From contig CAZQVT010000001.1 of NCBI GenBank assembly GCA_964596875.1, positions 42,514 through 106,513 of the forward strand: 64,000 bases of DNA, written 5' to 3'. The stretch's first letter is position 1; every line of letters starts with the position of its first letter. A model generated the notes under the pieces. The model saw only the letters and a list, made by a program, of their open reading frames with translations, was not told where the DNA came from and searched no databases. Below, one piece after another: positions 8,078-18,263 of this stretch. Position numbers and translations under genes: made by a program. The DNA is from an uncultured Candidatus Saccharibacteria bacterium. GTDB lineage: Bacteria > Patescibacteriota > Minisyncoccia > Phycocordibacterales > DATDWN01.

Positions 8078-9730
8078 ATGAAATATTCACATTCAGAGTT
8101 ACTTGATAAAATAAAAGAAATTTTTCAGGGTGAAGTAAACTCTGACGTAAAAACACTAGATACATATAGTCGTGATGCTAGTTTGCTCGAGGTAAAACCG
8201 GAACTAGTTTTGTTTCCAAAAGATTCAGAAGATATTCAAAAGTTAGTTAAGTTTGTTTCCGAAAACAAGTCTGATAACCCGACACTTTCTATCACAGCAC
8301 GTTCTGCTGGAACTTGTATGTCAGGAGGCTCATTAAACGAGTCTATTATTCTAGATGTCACCAAACATATGGGTGGTATAAAGCAAGTTTCGTCTGAAGA
8401 GGCAACAGTTTTACCTGGAACTTTTTACAGAGACTTTGAAGTGGAGACTTTGAAACATGATGCGATACTGCCAAGTTATACAGCATCAAAAAACTTAAAC
8501 ACTGTGGGTGGCATGGTGGCAAACAACTCTGCAGGTGAAAAAACTTTGGCATACGGAAAAACAGAAAAATATGTAAAAGAACTAAGAGTTATTTTTGCAG
8601 ATGGTAACGAGTATGTGACAAAACCACTAAACAGAGAAGAGTTAGAAAAAAAGATGGCGCAGGGGGACTACGAGGGAAATATTTATAAAAACCTTTGGAA
8701 TCTTATACAGGAAAATGAACATGCAATAAAATACGCTAAACCAGATGTTTCTAAAAACTCTGCTGGATATTATTTGTGGAATGTTTGGGATGGAGAAACT
8801 TTTGATATCAACAAACTTATAACAGGTTCACAGGGAACACTTTGCATAATAACTGACATCAAGTTCAAACTAGTTCCTATAAAAAAGAAATCAAAATTAT
8901 TTGTTATTTTTTTGCGCAACCTAGATCATTTAAGTGAGTTGGTAAACGAAGTTCTAACAACAAACCCAGAATCTCTAGAGTCATATGACGACAGTACGAT
9001 GAAACTTGCTTTCAAGTTTTTCCCATCCATGCTTAAAACTATGAAAGTTCATAACTTTGTAAAACTAATGTTTGGATTTTTGCCAGAAGCAGGGATGATA
9101 CTAACTGGGGGAATACCAAAACTCATTTTGCTTGTAGAATTTTCTGACAATGACGAAAAAGAGATAGATAAAAAAATGTATGAACTTCAAAGAAAGATTG
9201 CTCATTTTGGTTTGAAGACTCGTATGTCACGTTCTGAAGAAGAATCTAGCAAGTACTGGACTATAAGGCGGGAGAGTTTCAACCTTTTGCGACAACACGT
9301 AAAAGGGGCGCGAACTGCGCCATTTATAGATGATGTGGTAGTAAAACCACAATATCTTCCAGAGTTTCTACCAAAGATGCGAAAAATTTTGGATGAACAC
9401 AAACTCGTTTACACCATTGCAGGGCATGCAGGAAATGGAAACTTTCATATTATCCCTCTTATGAATATGAAAGATCCTAAAAATGCAGAACTTATCCCAA
9501 TAGTTTCCGACAAAATATATAGTCTAGTAAAAGAATACCGAGGTTCTATAGATGCGGAACACAATGACGGTATTATACGTACTCCATATCTAGAGCAAAT
9601 GTTTGGTCATGAAATGGTCCAGATTTTCAAAAAAACTAAAGACATTTTTGACCCACAAAACATCTTTAACCCAGGCAAAAAGGTGGGCGGGACTAAACAA
9701 TACATGATAGACCACATTGTGAAAAACTAA
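8078..9730 (+). CDS. FAD-binding oxidoreductase (GlcD/D-2-hydroxyacid dehydrogenase family)
   Basis: RSAGT..SG, GGMVANNSAG, GSQGTL, GHAGNGNFH, AEHNDG, FDP..IFNPGK. Confidence 0.9.
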   Translation: MKYSHSELLDKIKEIFQGEVNSDVKTLDTYSRDASLLEVKPELVLFPKDSEDIQKLVKFVSENKSDNPTLSITARSAGTCMSGGSLNESIILDVTKHMGGIKQVSSEEATVLPGTFYRDFEVETLKHDAILPSYTASKNLNTVGGMVANNSAGEKTLAYGKTEKYVKELRVIFADGNEYVTKPLNREELEKKMAQGDYEGNIYKNLWNLIQENEHAIKYAKPDVSKNSAGYYLWNVWDGETFDINKLITGSQGTLCIITDIKFKLVPIKKKSKLFVIFLRNLDHLSELVNEVLTTNPESLESYDDSTMKLAFKFFPSMLKTMKVHNFVKLMFGFLPEAGMILTGGIPKLILLVEFSDNDEKEIDKKMYELQRKIAHFGLKTRMSRSEEESSKYWTIRRESFNLLRQHVKGARTAPFIDDVVVKPQYLPEFLPKMRKILDEHKLVYTIAGHAGNGNFHIIPLMNMKDPKNAELIPIVSDKIYSLVKEYRGSIDAEHNDGIIRTPYLEQMFGHEMVQIFKKTKDIFDPQNIFNPGKKVGGTKQYMIDHIVKN

Positions 9731-9848
9731 TAAAATCACCCCATCTGCGTTGTTGCTGTTCAATTTTGCTCACTCACCTTACTATTTGTAAGGCTCGTTC
9801 TCAAAATCTCCAGCGCCTAGCACCTAGGGTAATTTAATTAGTTTTTAG
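9722..9848 (+). repeat. Family A hairpin element, copy 2
   Basis: catctgcgttgttg ... tcaccttactatttgtaaggctcg ... cgcctagcacct; outer arm includes the upstream stop codon. Confidence 0.85.
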
Positions 9849-9894
9849 TTTTGGAGGGGTTGATTTTATACAGTATTTAGTCTATACTAGCCGA

Positions 9895-10536
9895 ATGACA
9901 ATTTTAGAAGCTGAAATCAGAGATAAATCAGTAGACAGTGTTGCACTTAGAAACGAGGGCAAAATTCCTGCTGTTTTCTATGGTAAAAAGACAGAATCTA
10001 CTCCTATAACTCTATCTAGAAATGACTTTATTTCTGCGTGGAACAAAGAAGGTGAGTCAGGAGTTGTAACTATTAAAACATCTAAAGGAACTGTAGATAC
10101 TCTTATAAAAGATATAGATATTGACCCAGTATCTGACATGGTGAGACACGTAGATTTTTATGTATTCGAAAAAGGAAAGAAAGTTGAACTAGATGTTCCT
10201 CTAGAATTCGTGGGAGTTTCTCCAGCAGTAAAGGACCTTTCTGGAAACTTAGTTAAGGCTATGCACGAGATCAAGATTTCAGCAGATCCTACAAACATTC
10301 CTCACGAAATCACAGTAGATATTTCTTCACTTGTTGATTTTGATAGTAAAATCGTTGCAGGTGATCTAAAACTTCCTGCAGGAGTTACTCTTATTGAAAA
10401 TGCAGAAGAGGTAGTTGCAGCAGTTGCAAGACAAAAAGAAGAAACAGACGAACCTTCAGCCCCAGTTGATTTGTCTTCAATAGAGGTAGAGAAGAAGGGT
10501 AAGAAAGAGGAAGAAGGAGGAGAATCAGCAGAATAA
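9895..10536 (+). CDS. rplY: 50S ribosomal protein L25/Ctc
   Basis: LR.EGKIPAVFYG, HVDFY; long Ctc form. Confidence 0.95.
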   Translation: MTILEAEIRDKSVDSVALRNEGKIPAVFYGKKTESTPITLSRNDFISAWNKEGESGVVTIKTSKGTVDTLIKDIDIDPVSDMVRHVDFYVFEKGKKVELDVPLEFVGVSPAVKDLSGNLVKAMHEIKISADPTNIPHEITVDISSLVDFDSKIVAGDLKLPAGVTLIENAEEVVAAVARQKEETDEPSAPVDLSSIEVEKKGKKEEEGGESAE

Positions 10537-10570
10537 TTACAAAAAGTCCCCGCAAGGGGATTTTTTGTAA
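10537..10570 (+). terminator. Intrinsic terminator
   Basis: tcccc-gcaa-gggga followed by a T tract. Confidence 0.85.
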
Positions 10571-10607
10571 GTAAGGTTATGAATTCCCGTCTAAAAATAG
10601 TATAATA

Positions 10608-11981
10608 ATGAGCATGCTTAAACGGTTATTTTTCTATGCATTTTTTGTTTTAGTTTGTGTTTTTGGCATGCATACTGTAAAAGTTGCGGCTATTACTCCT
10701 GAAGAACAAGAAGCAATTTGGAAGGCTGAACTGGCGCAGACAGAGGCCGACATAGCTAAATGGCAGGATATTCTAAATGGCACAAAAGCCAATACAAAGT
10801 CTCTTCAAAATGAGGCTGCAATACTGAACGCTAAAATAAAACAAGCTCAGGCAACTATCAAACAAAAAACCATTAATATTGAACAGATAGGTAAACAGAT
10901 AAAAGATAAACAGAAGACAATTTTAAGTTTGGAACAGCGAATAGAAAAAGGTCATGAATCCCTAGCGCAACTAATAAGGAAAACAAATGAGATAGACGAG
11001 TATTCCCTTCCAGAAGTGATACTTGGAAACCAAGATATTTCAGAATTTTTTTCAGATGTAGATTCATTTCAGTCAATAAAAAAAGATTTACAAGTTTTGT
11101 TTAATGAAATACGCGATAATAAAAAAACAACAGAAAAAGAAAAAGAAGCACTAGATAAGGCGCAGGATAAAGAAGAGGATACAAAAGCTGCCGTAGAGTC
11201 ACAAAAAAAAGAAGTAGAGAAAAATGAAAAGGAGAAACAGTATCTAATACAGGTAAATAAAACACAAGAAAAAACATACGAGCAGGTTATATCTGAAAGA
11301 CAAAAGAAAGCCGGGGAAATACGGGCAAAATTGTTTAACTTTGCTGGTGGTGCCGGACCAATACCTTTTGGTGATGCAGTGGCTTATGCACAAGAAGCGT
11401 CTGTTGTAACTGGAGTTAGACCTGCACTAATACTTGCTACTCTGAAGCATGAAACTAATCTAGGTCAAAATATTGGTTCTTGTATTATTACTAATCTTGA
11501 GACTGGTGATGGAATATTTTCAAAAACTCAGAAGCCTGTTAAGGGTATCGTAAAGGCTGACAGAGACATTGCTCCTTTTCTAGATATCACATCTAGACTT
11601 GGTTTAGACTATGCGAAAACTATAGTTTCTTGTCCGATTGCTGGAGGTGGTTGGGGTGGAGGAATGGGACCTTCGCAGTTTCAACCATCTACTTGGATAG
11701 GTATTGAATCCAGAGTCGCAAACATGCTAGGTGTTAGTATTGCTAACCCATTTAGACCAAAAGATGCTATTTTTGCTACGGCACTATTTTTGAAAGATTT
11801 GGGCGCTGGTACCCAGGTGTATTCTGACGAACAAAATGCGGCTTGTAGGTACAACTCTGGAAGAAAATGCGCACAAGCACCGGCATTTAGTAAGGCCTAC
11901 GGTAAAAACATAATGAGTTTGGCATCTGGTATTCAGGCAGATATAGACTACATAGCTCAGTACGGAGTTTCCAGAAGATAA
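10608..11981 (+). CDS. Secreted coiled-coil protein with C-terminal lytic-transglycosylase-like domain (PcsB/CwlO-like architecture)
   Basis: Signal peptide, long coiled coil, A.LKHET, GGMGPSQFQPSTW, A.RYN motifs. Confidence 0.8.
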   Translation: MSMLKRLFFYAFFVLVCVFGMHTVKVAAITPEEQEAIWKAELAQTEADIAKWQDILNGTKANTKSLQNEAAILNAKIKQAQATIKQKTINIEQIGKQIKDKQKTILSLEQRIEKGHESLAQLIRKTNEIDEYSLPEVILGNQDISEFFSDVDSFQSIKKDLQVLFNEIRDNKKTTEKEKEALDKAQDKEEDTKAAVESQKKEVEKNEKEKQYLIQVNKTQEKTYEQVISERQKKAGEIRAKLFNFAGGAGPIPFGDAVAYAQEASVVTGVRPALILATLKHETNLGQNIGSCIITNLETGDGIFSKTQKPVKGIVKADRDIAPFLDITSRLGLDYAKTIVSCPIAGGGWGGGMGPSQFQPSTWIGIESRVANMLGVSIANPFRPKDAIFATALFLKDLGAGTQVYSDEQNAACRYNSGRKCAQAPAFSKAYGKNIMSLASGIQADIDYIAQYGVSRR

Positions 11982-12022
11982 ACTTTGTGTTATTTGTGTT
12001 GGATTTATGTTTAAATATACCT

Positions 12023-13201
12023 ATGGATTTTAGTTTTACTAGTATTTGGTATTATTTTATTATTTTACCGATAATAGTTTTCTTCGCTAAGTTTTTCTAC
12101 GAAAGAGCGCCTTTTTATCAAAAGATATTAAAGGAAGAGGAGAGTGGCAGGTTTTCTAACCTAGATGGTCTTAGAGGTCTGCTCGCAGTCAATGTGTTTT
12201 TTCAGCATGCGATGACTAGTTATTTTTATTTTCAAACTGGAGTTTGGGAAATAGTAACTATTAGATTTTACAGACATTTGGGAGGTGAAGCCGTCATACT
12301 CTTTCTTATTATGACTAGTTTTTTATACTGGTCTAAAATGATTGCTCAGAAAGGTGAAGTAGATGAGGGATATTTGTATAGAAGTAGGTTTTTGCGTTTG
12401 GCACCAATGTATATTTTCTGTGCAGGAATAATAGTTTTTTCTATTTTAATACAGTCGCATTTCAATATTGACTATAAACAAACGTCAAAAGATATTTTGT
12501 CTTGGCTTACTGTTGGTCTCATAACTACTCAGTCGGTAAATAACTTTTCTGTCTTGCCGATAAACGCTGGTATCCACTGGACCCTACACTTTGAGTGGTT
12601 TTTCTATTTGATGTTGCCTATACTTGCAGTTTTCTTGAGAAATAGAAATATGTGGGTGCTTTCTTTGCCACTTGTTTTCTATGCGCTTTCATCTGCAGAT
12701 CGAGGATACTGGGCAATATTTTTCTTTGGGATTATGGCAGCGCATATATATGATAAATGGAAAAGTTTTGATTTTTTCAAAACAAAAATTTCTGGAATAC
12801 TGCCTATTTTGGGAATAGTCGCAATATATTTCCTGGGTTATAAACCATACTCTTTCATACAGTACGGGGTTTCTTTGGGAGTTTTTATGTGTTTTGTATA
12901 CGGTACTGACTTGTTCGGTTTTCTAAATAGTAAAGTGGCTAAATTTTTAGGAACCCTGAGTTACAGCATCTACCTTATTCACGGTATTGTTTTGTTTGGA
13001 GTCTTGAACTCTGTAGATTATTTTGTGCCAATAACAACATTAAATCCGCTTGTATTTTGGTTTATTATTGCGATGGCCGGTCTCTTTACTGTGGTCATTT
13101 CGGCTGTTACATATAGGCACATAGAGTATCCATTTATAAAAATGATCAAACTAGGCAAAAGAGATACAGCAAAGACCGAACTAGCTCAAAAAGTAATGTA
13201 A
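12023..13201 (+). CDS. Acyltransferase family 3 (OafA-like) membrane protein
   Basis: LDGLRG, RFLRLAP, HWTLHFEWFFY, SYSIYLIH, IEYP. Confidence 0.9.
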   Translation: MDFSFTSIWYYFIILPIIVFFAKFFYERAPFYQKILKEEESGRFSNLDGLRGLLAVNVFFQHAMTSYFYFQTGVWEIVTIRFYRHLGGEAVILFLIMTSFLYWSKMIAQKGEVDEGYLYRSRFLRLAPMYIFCAGIIVFSILIQSHFNIDYKQTSKDILSWLTVGLITTQSVNNFSVLPINAGIHWTLHFEWFFYLMLPILAVFLRNRNMWVLSLPLVFYALSSADRGYWAIFFFGIMAAHIYDKWKSFDFFKTKISGILPILGIVAIYFLGYKPYSFIQYGVSLGVFMCFVYGTDLFGFLNSKVAKFLGTLSYSIYLIHGIVLFGVLNSVDYFVPITTLNPLVFWFIIAMAGLFTVVISAVTYRHIEYPFIKMIKLGKRDTAKTELAQKVM

Positions 13202-13241
13202 GGTTGCCAAACGCAGGACTTTTTGGTAAGGTAGTGAGGCA

Positions 13242-13511
13242 ATGAAAAAAGAAATTCACCCACAAAACTATAGACCAGTGCTATTTATCGACAACTCAAA
13301 TGGCGCTGAATTTATCATATCTTCTACTGTAAACTCTACAGAAAAAGGTAAGGCAAAAGACGGAAAGGAATACCCTATATACAGACTTGAAATCTCAAGT
13401 TCTTCACACCCTTTTTATACTGGAAACGAAAAGATCATGGACACTGCTGGAAGAGTGGAAAGATTCAAGAACAAGATGGCGGCATCTAAAGCAAAGAAAG
13501 CTGCAAAATAA
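13242..13511 (+). CDS. rpmE2: 50S ribosomal protein L31 type B
   Basis: MKKEIHP.NY, EISS.SHPFYTG, GRVERF; no Cys. Confidence 0.95.
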   Translation: MKKEIHPQNYRPVLFIDNSNGAEFIISSTVNSTEKGKAKDGKEYPIYRLEISSSSHPFYTGNEKIMDTAGRVERFKNKMAASKAKKAAK

Positions 13512-13562
13512 CTACTTTACAAAAAGGCGAGTTCTACTCGCTTTTTTGCTATACTAAACATT

Positions 13563-14540
13563 ATGGATTTGGAAAAATTTTTAAACAACCCTAAAACTTC
13601 TTATCTTGCAGATAGTTACAAGAGATTGGAAAAAGAAGAGGAGTCTACTCGCAAAATGATAGAGTCTGACCCTGCTTTGGCAGAACTAGCTACATCTGAA
13701 CTAGAGTCTTTGACCTTGCAGAAAAACGAGATTATGAAGCAGATGGAAGAGATAATAAAAGAGGAGGAAAAAGAAGAAGAGTTCCCAAACGAGATTATTC
13801 TAGAAGTTCGTGCTGGTGCAGGTGGGGAAGAAGCATCTATTTTTGCAGAAGAATTGGCACATATGTATACCAGATATGCCGAAAATAACGGCTGGGGAGT
13901 TACACCTATAGATGAGTCTCTAAGTAGTGTGGGTGGGTATAAAGAAGCTTCTTTTGAAATACGAGGAAAGGATGTTTATAAAAAGCTTCGTTTTGAAACT
14001 GGAGTACACCGAGTCCAAAGAGTTCCTGCTACAGAAAAAATGGGTAGAGTTCATACATCTACTGCAACTGTCGCTGTACTTCCTGTGAGAAAAAAGACAA
14101 CTATAGAAATAAAACCAAGTGACCTTGAAATAGAAACAAGTCGTTCTGGTGGGGCTGGTGGTCAAAACGTTAACAAAGTTGAAACTGCGGTGAGGATTAT
14201 TCACAAACCAACAGGTATCGATGTTCGCTCAACTTCGCAACGAAGTCAGCTTAAAAACCGCGAGGCGGCTATGTCTATTTTGACTGCAAAACTTCAAATG
14301 CTAAAAGACGAAGAGGAGGCAGCAAAATACTCTGCCGACAGAAAGTCTCAGGTGGGTACCGCAGACAGGTCAGAAAAGATCAGAACATATAATATTCTTC
14401 AGGACCGTATTACTGACCACCGTATAAGGCAAAATTGGCACAATATTGAGAAGATTTTGGCTGGGGGAATAGATCCTATAGTTGAAGCCATGGCTAACTT
14501 TGATGGTAATTCTGCGGACGGAGGAGAGGACGAAGAGTAG
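13563..14540 (+). CDS. prfA: Peptide chain release factor 1
   Basis: [10 protein letters not shown] (PxT), [12 protein letters not shown]. Confidence 0.96.
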   Translation: MDLEKFLNNPKTSYLADSYKRLEKEEESTRKMIESDPALAELATSELESLTLQKNEIMKQMEEIIKEEEKEEEFPNEIILEVRAGAGGEEASIFAEELAHMYTRYAENNGWGVTPIDESLSSVGGYKEASFEIRGKDVYKKLRFETGVHRVQRVPATEKMGRVHTSTATVAVLPVRKKTTIEIKPSDLEIETSRSGGAGGQNVNKVETAVRIIHKPTGIDVRSTSQRSQLKNREAAMSILTAKLQMLKDEEEAAKYSADRKSQVGTADRSEKIRTYNILQDRITDHRIRQNWHNIEKILAGGIDPIVEAMANFDGNSADGGEDEE

Positions 14541-14591
14541 GCCCTAGAGGGTTGCGTAAAGTCGCCCTTTCTGTTAAGATAATCCCCACGT

Positions 14592-15320
14592 ATGACAAAA
14601 ACAAGTAATTCTACAAATACAGGAGAAGGCCTAGTTGAAGGTCTATTTTCTGCAGGTGCGCATTTCGGTTTCATTAAATCTAGAAGACATCCAAGTACAA
14701 AACCTTTTATCTTTGGAGTAAAAAACAATATTGAAATATTTGATCTAGAGAAAACAAAGGATTCTCTAAACGAGGCTCTTTCTTTTGTATCAGAACTTGG
14801 TTCAAAAAGTGCAAATATTCTTTTCATAAGTGGTAAAAGTGAGGCAAAGGCTGCTGTAACTTCTGTTGCAGAGTCTATCAACATGCCTTACGTAGCCGGA
14901 AGATTTATCGGAGGTACTCTTAGTAACTTTCCTGAAATAAAGAAAAGAGTAGACAAACTAGAGTCTTGGGTTTCTCAAAAAGAAAAAGGAGAACTAGTAA
15001 AATACACTAAAAAAGAAAGACTACTTATCGATAGAGAGATTGAAAAACTACGAAACTTCTTTTTCGGTCTTTCAGTTATGAAAAGACTTCCTGACGCAGT
15101 GTTTATAGTAGATAGTAAAAAAGAACACATCGCTCTAAAGGAGGCAAAAACTATGGGTATCCCTGTTATTGCCCTTTGTGGAACAGATAACAACCTAAAT
15201 GATGTAGATTTCCCAATTCCTGGAAATGATTCTTCAAAAACAAGTATTGAATTTTTCCTAAAGAAAGTTGCTGAAAGTTACAAAGAAGGACAGTTGAAAA
15301 AAGGTACTCCTACTGTATAA
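14592..15320 (+). CDS. rpsB: 30S ribosomal protein S2
   Basis: AGAHFG, GGTLSNF, PGND. Confidence 0.97.
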   Translation: MTKTSNSTNTGEGLVEGLFSAGAHFGFIKSRRHPSTKPFIFGVKNNIEIFDLEKTKDSLNEALSFVSELGSKSANILFISGKSEAKAAVTSVAESINMPYVAGRFIGGTLSNFPEIKKRVDKLESWVSQKEKGELVKYTKKERLLIDREIEKLRNFFFGLSVMKRLPDAVFIVDSKKEHIALKEAKTMGIPVIALCGTDNNLNDVDFPIPGNDSSKTSIEFFLKKVAESYKEGQLKKGTPTV

Positions 15321-15362
15321 TTATAGGTTGGTGAGGTATTATTCTTTATATTCATTTTTTCT

Positions 15363-15950
15363 ATGCAAATTACAACAGAGTTAGTAAAAGAACTAAGAGA
15401 TAAAACTGGTGTTTCTGTGATGCAATGTAAAAAAGCACTAGAGGAAACTGGTGGTGATATGGAAAAGGCAACAGTTCTACTTTTGAAAAAAAGTGCGGAC
15501 ATTGCTTCTAAAAAGAGTGACAGAACATTGGGAGCTGGTTTTGTTGCTACATATGTACACTCTACTGGAAACGTAGGGGTTATGCTTGAACTACTATGTG
15601 AGACAGATTTCGTTGCTAAAAACGAAGAATTTAAGGCTTTGGCACGAGATATCGCAATGCACGCTACGGCTACAAACCCACAGTTTCTAAAAACTGAAGA
15701 CATAGACCAACACGCAAACGATCTTGCAAAAGAAATGTTTATGAAAGAAGTGGAGGGTAAACCAGAAGATATGAAGGCAAAAATCCTTGAAGGAAAACTT
15801 GCTTCATACTGGAGTGAAAGAGTTTTGCTAGATCAGTCATTTATTAAAAATCCTGACGTTACGATAAAAAACCTTTTGGAGTCTGCAACACAGAAATTCG
15901 GAGAAAAAATCGAGCTATCTCGCTTTGTGAGATACTCTGTTACTCAATAA
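15363..15950 (+). CDS. tsf: Elongation factor Ts (short form)
   Basis: VKELRDKTG..MQCKKAL, CETDFVA. Confidence 0.97.
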   Translation: MQITTELVKELRDKTGVSVMQCKKALEETGGDMEKATVLLLKKSADIASKKSDRTLGAGFVATYVHSTGNVGVMLELLCETDFVAKNEEFKALARDIAMHATATNPQFLKTEDIDQHANDLAKEMFMKEVEGKPEDMKAKILEGKLASYWSERVLLDQSFIKNPDVTIKNLLESATQKFGEKIELSRFVRYSVTQ

Positions 15951-15959
15951 TTTCTATAT

Positions 15960-16319
15960 ATGGAAACTATATTATTCATAGGTTCTTTTGTGGGGCTAAG
16001 TATTTTGGTTCTACTAAGAGCTGTTGAAAATAAGATCGGAAAAATTGCTTTTCTGGAAAAAGTTTATTTATCATCGGATGTGAAAATAAACTCATTTATA
16101 GATGGAGCAATAATGCGTTATAACTACTACAAAAAAGTAGCGCAGATTTTTGTATTTGATTTTCTACCATCACTTTTATATGAGGTTTTGGTGAAGTCAA
16201 AGGACTACGTTGCAAAGCGATACTACAATGCTGGCAACGAGTTCAGAGGACGAAGACTATTGCGAAATGATGGTTCAGTCTCAAACTTCCTAGAGAGGCT
16301 TTCAGAGGATACTAAATAA
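15960..16319 (+). CDS. Hypothetical protein with N-terminal TM helix
   Basis: Follows tsf; native codon usage; terminator downstream. Confidence 0.7.
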   Translation: METILFIGSFVGLSILVLLRAVENKIGKIAFLEKVYLSSDVKINSFIDGAIMRYNYYKKVAQIFVFDFLPSLLYEVLVKSKDYVAKRYYNAGNEFRGRRLLRNDGSVSNFLERLSEDTK

Positions 16320-16350
16320 AAAACACCCCAAACTTGGGGTGTTTTTTATT
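16313..16350. terminator. Bidirectional terminator
   Basis: aaataaaaaacaccccaa-ac-ttggggtgttttttattt. Confidence 0.85.
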
Positions 16351-16472
16351 TCTTGAGCCACCTTGTCTCCTGGGAAACCCACGGTTTTCCCAATCCTTCC
16401 TCCACGGGAAACTCCCGTTTCCCGACCCCTTCCCTCTGACAGGAAAAAACTCACACTGCGTGTGAGTTTTTT

Positions 16473-16548
16473 TGGAGCCACCTGTCAGGCTTGAACTGAC
16501 GACCTGCTGTTTACAAAACAGCTGCTCTACCAACTGAGCTAAGGTGGC
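16473..16548 (-). tRNA. tRNA-Thr(UGU)
   Basis: 76-nt cloverleaf GCCACCTTAGCTCAGTTGGTAGAGC...gctgt-TTTGTAA-acagc...GTTCAA...GGTGGCTCCA with encoded CCA. Confidence 0.95.
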
Positions 16549-16611
16549 AAAATTTAACCCTATAAATTTAGCATTATTGGGAATAAATTTCAACTGTAGT
16601 ATCATACCTAT

Positions 16612-17457
16612 ATGAAGATTTATATACTTGGAGCATCGGGTTTTATGGGTACTGGGATGTCTGAATATTTAATAGAAAAAGGACATACAGTTTTTACTGA
16701 AAGGGTAGACATAACAGATATGGCATCTTTGCGAAAAGCATTTTCTGAAACAAAACCTGAGGTCGTAATAAACTTTGCCGGGGTAAGAACAGTGCCGAAT
16801 GTAGACTGGTGTGAAGACAATAAACTTGAGACAGTTCGAGTAAATGTTTCTGGTGCTATAAATGCCATGTCAGCGGCGATAGAGGTGGGGGCATATCCAA
16901 TACAAGTTTCCTCTGGATGTGTTTATTCTGGGGATGAAAGTCATGCTTTTACAGAAGAAGACTCTCCAAACTTTTATGGAAGTTTTTACTCTAGAATGCG
17001 TATTGTTTTGGAAAACTCTCTCAAAGAACTACCTGTTTTGTATTTAAGACTGCGAATGCCGATCTCTTATAAATCGCATCCTAGAAATACGATAAATAAA
17101 ATAATCTCTTATTCAAAAGTCATCTCTGTGCCAAACTCGGTTACTTTGGTAGAGGACATGTATCCAGCGATTGAACATCTAATAAACGTCAAATATTTTG
17201 GGGTCTTAAACCTTACAAATGAAGGATATGTTACACACGGACAAATACTGGAAGCATATAAAAAATACGTAAAACCAGATCACGTTTTTGAGCTTATAAC
17301 GCCTAAAGAACTTGAAGAGAAGGTGACAAAAACAGGTAGAAGTAACTGTGTGCTTTCTACAGAAAAAGCAAAAGGTTTGGGCGTCGTTATGTCTGCGATA
17401 GATGACAAAAAACTAGAACAAATAATGCTTTCAATGAAAACTAATTTGCCTTTGTAG
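16612..17457 (+). CDS. RmlD-like NAD(P)-dependent nucleotide-sugar epimerase/reductase
   Basis: GASGFMG, NVDWCE, SSGCVY, LRLRMP. Confidence 0.85.
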   Translation: MKIYILGASGFMGTGMSEYLIEKGHTVFTERVDITDMASLRKAFSETKPEVVINFAGVRTVPNVDWCEDNKLETVRVNVSGAINAMSAAIEVGAYPIQVSSGCVYSGDESHAFTEEDSPNFYGSFYSRMRIVLENSLKELPVLYLRLRMPISYKSHPRNTINKIISYSKVISVPNSVTLVEDMYPAIEHLINVKYFGVLNLTNEGYVTHGQILEAYKKYVKPDHVFELITPKELEEKVTKTGRSNCVLSTEKAKGLGVVMSAIDDKKLEQIMLSMKTNLPL

Positions 17458-18130
17458 TAGTTGCTTTTTCTGATTTTGGCTTTAGTTTCGCCAGTTCAGG
17501 AACAACTTTTTCGATATCTTCTATACTCTGGAATCCATAGTATACTTTGTCCTTTATAACAATTGCAGGAAGTTCGTTTTTTACTTTGTTTATAGATATT
17601 AGAGTCTGCACTGCAGATATATCCATGTTGTAGTCAAAAGAGTAAACTCGTAGATCTGGATATGTCTCTCTCAGTTTCGTTAGAACAAAACCTTCTTTCT
17701 GACAGTCTTTGCAACTATCATTGTTTGAATAAAAGTAAATTATTGAAATAGGAGTTTTTTTACATTTCTCACTTATTTTGTTCATCAAAAGGTAGTCTTT
17801 GATTTCTAGTAGGGAGTAGTATCTTTTTAGAGTTTGCACCTCTGGGTCTTCTGTACCTCTCTGGTTTTCTGTGTATGTAAGTTTTGCTTCTAGGTTCCCT
17901 AACTCGTTCGAAAGAGATCCAGAGTCTATGTCTTTACATGAAGATTGCTCAAGAAGAGAAAACTGTGTTTCAGAAGACAAAATGTCTATAGATATTTTGT
18001 CCTGGATGTTTCTTATTTCATCTAGTTTTTTTTCTCCGAAATAATTACTTAGGTAAATAGCCGTAGCAAAAATTATTGCAGTAAGTACAAAAGAAAAGAC
18101 GTATTTTCTGTAGTCTATTTTGTTGTTCAT
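17441..18130 (-). CDS. Membrane-anchored protein with C-terminal thioredoxin-like CxxC domain
   Basis: N-terminal TM; IYFYS...CKDC; LPAIVI. Confidence 0.7.
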   Translation of the reverse strand: MNNKIDYRKYVFSFVLTAIIFATAIYLSNYFGEKKLDEIRNIQDKISIDILSSETQFSLLEQSSCKDIDSGSLSNELGNLEAKLTYTENQRGTEDPEVQTLKRYYSLLEIKDYLLMNKISEKCKKTPISIIYFYSNNDSCKDCQKEGFVLTKLRETYPDLRVYSFDYNMDISAVQTLISINKVKNELPAIVIKDKVYYGFQSIEDIEKVVPELAKLKPKSEKATTTKAN

Positions 18131-18140
18131 AAATTTTTTT

Positions 18141-18263
18141 AAAATTAACTAAATTGCTTCAGATGCTAGGCGGACGAGGAAAATATGACGAGCCTTATTG
18201 GGTATAAGGTGAGGAATATTTTACCGAAGTCCAACAACGCAGATGAGGTGATTTTGTTGATTT
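18141..18263 (-). repeat. Family A hairpin element, copy 3
   Basis: Reverse strand reads catctgcgttgttg...tcaccttatacccaataaggctcg...cgcctagcatct directly after the GT2 stop. Confidence 0.85.
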
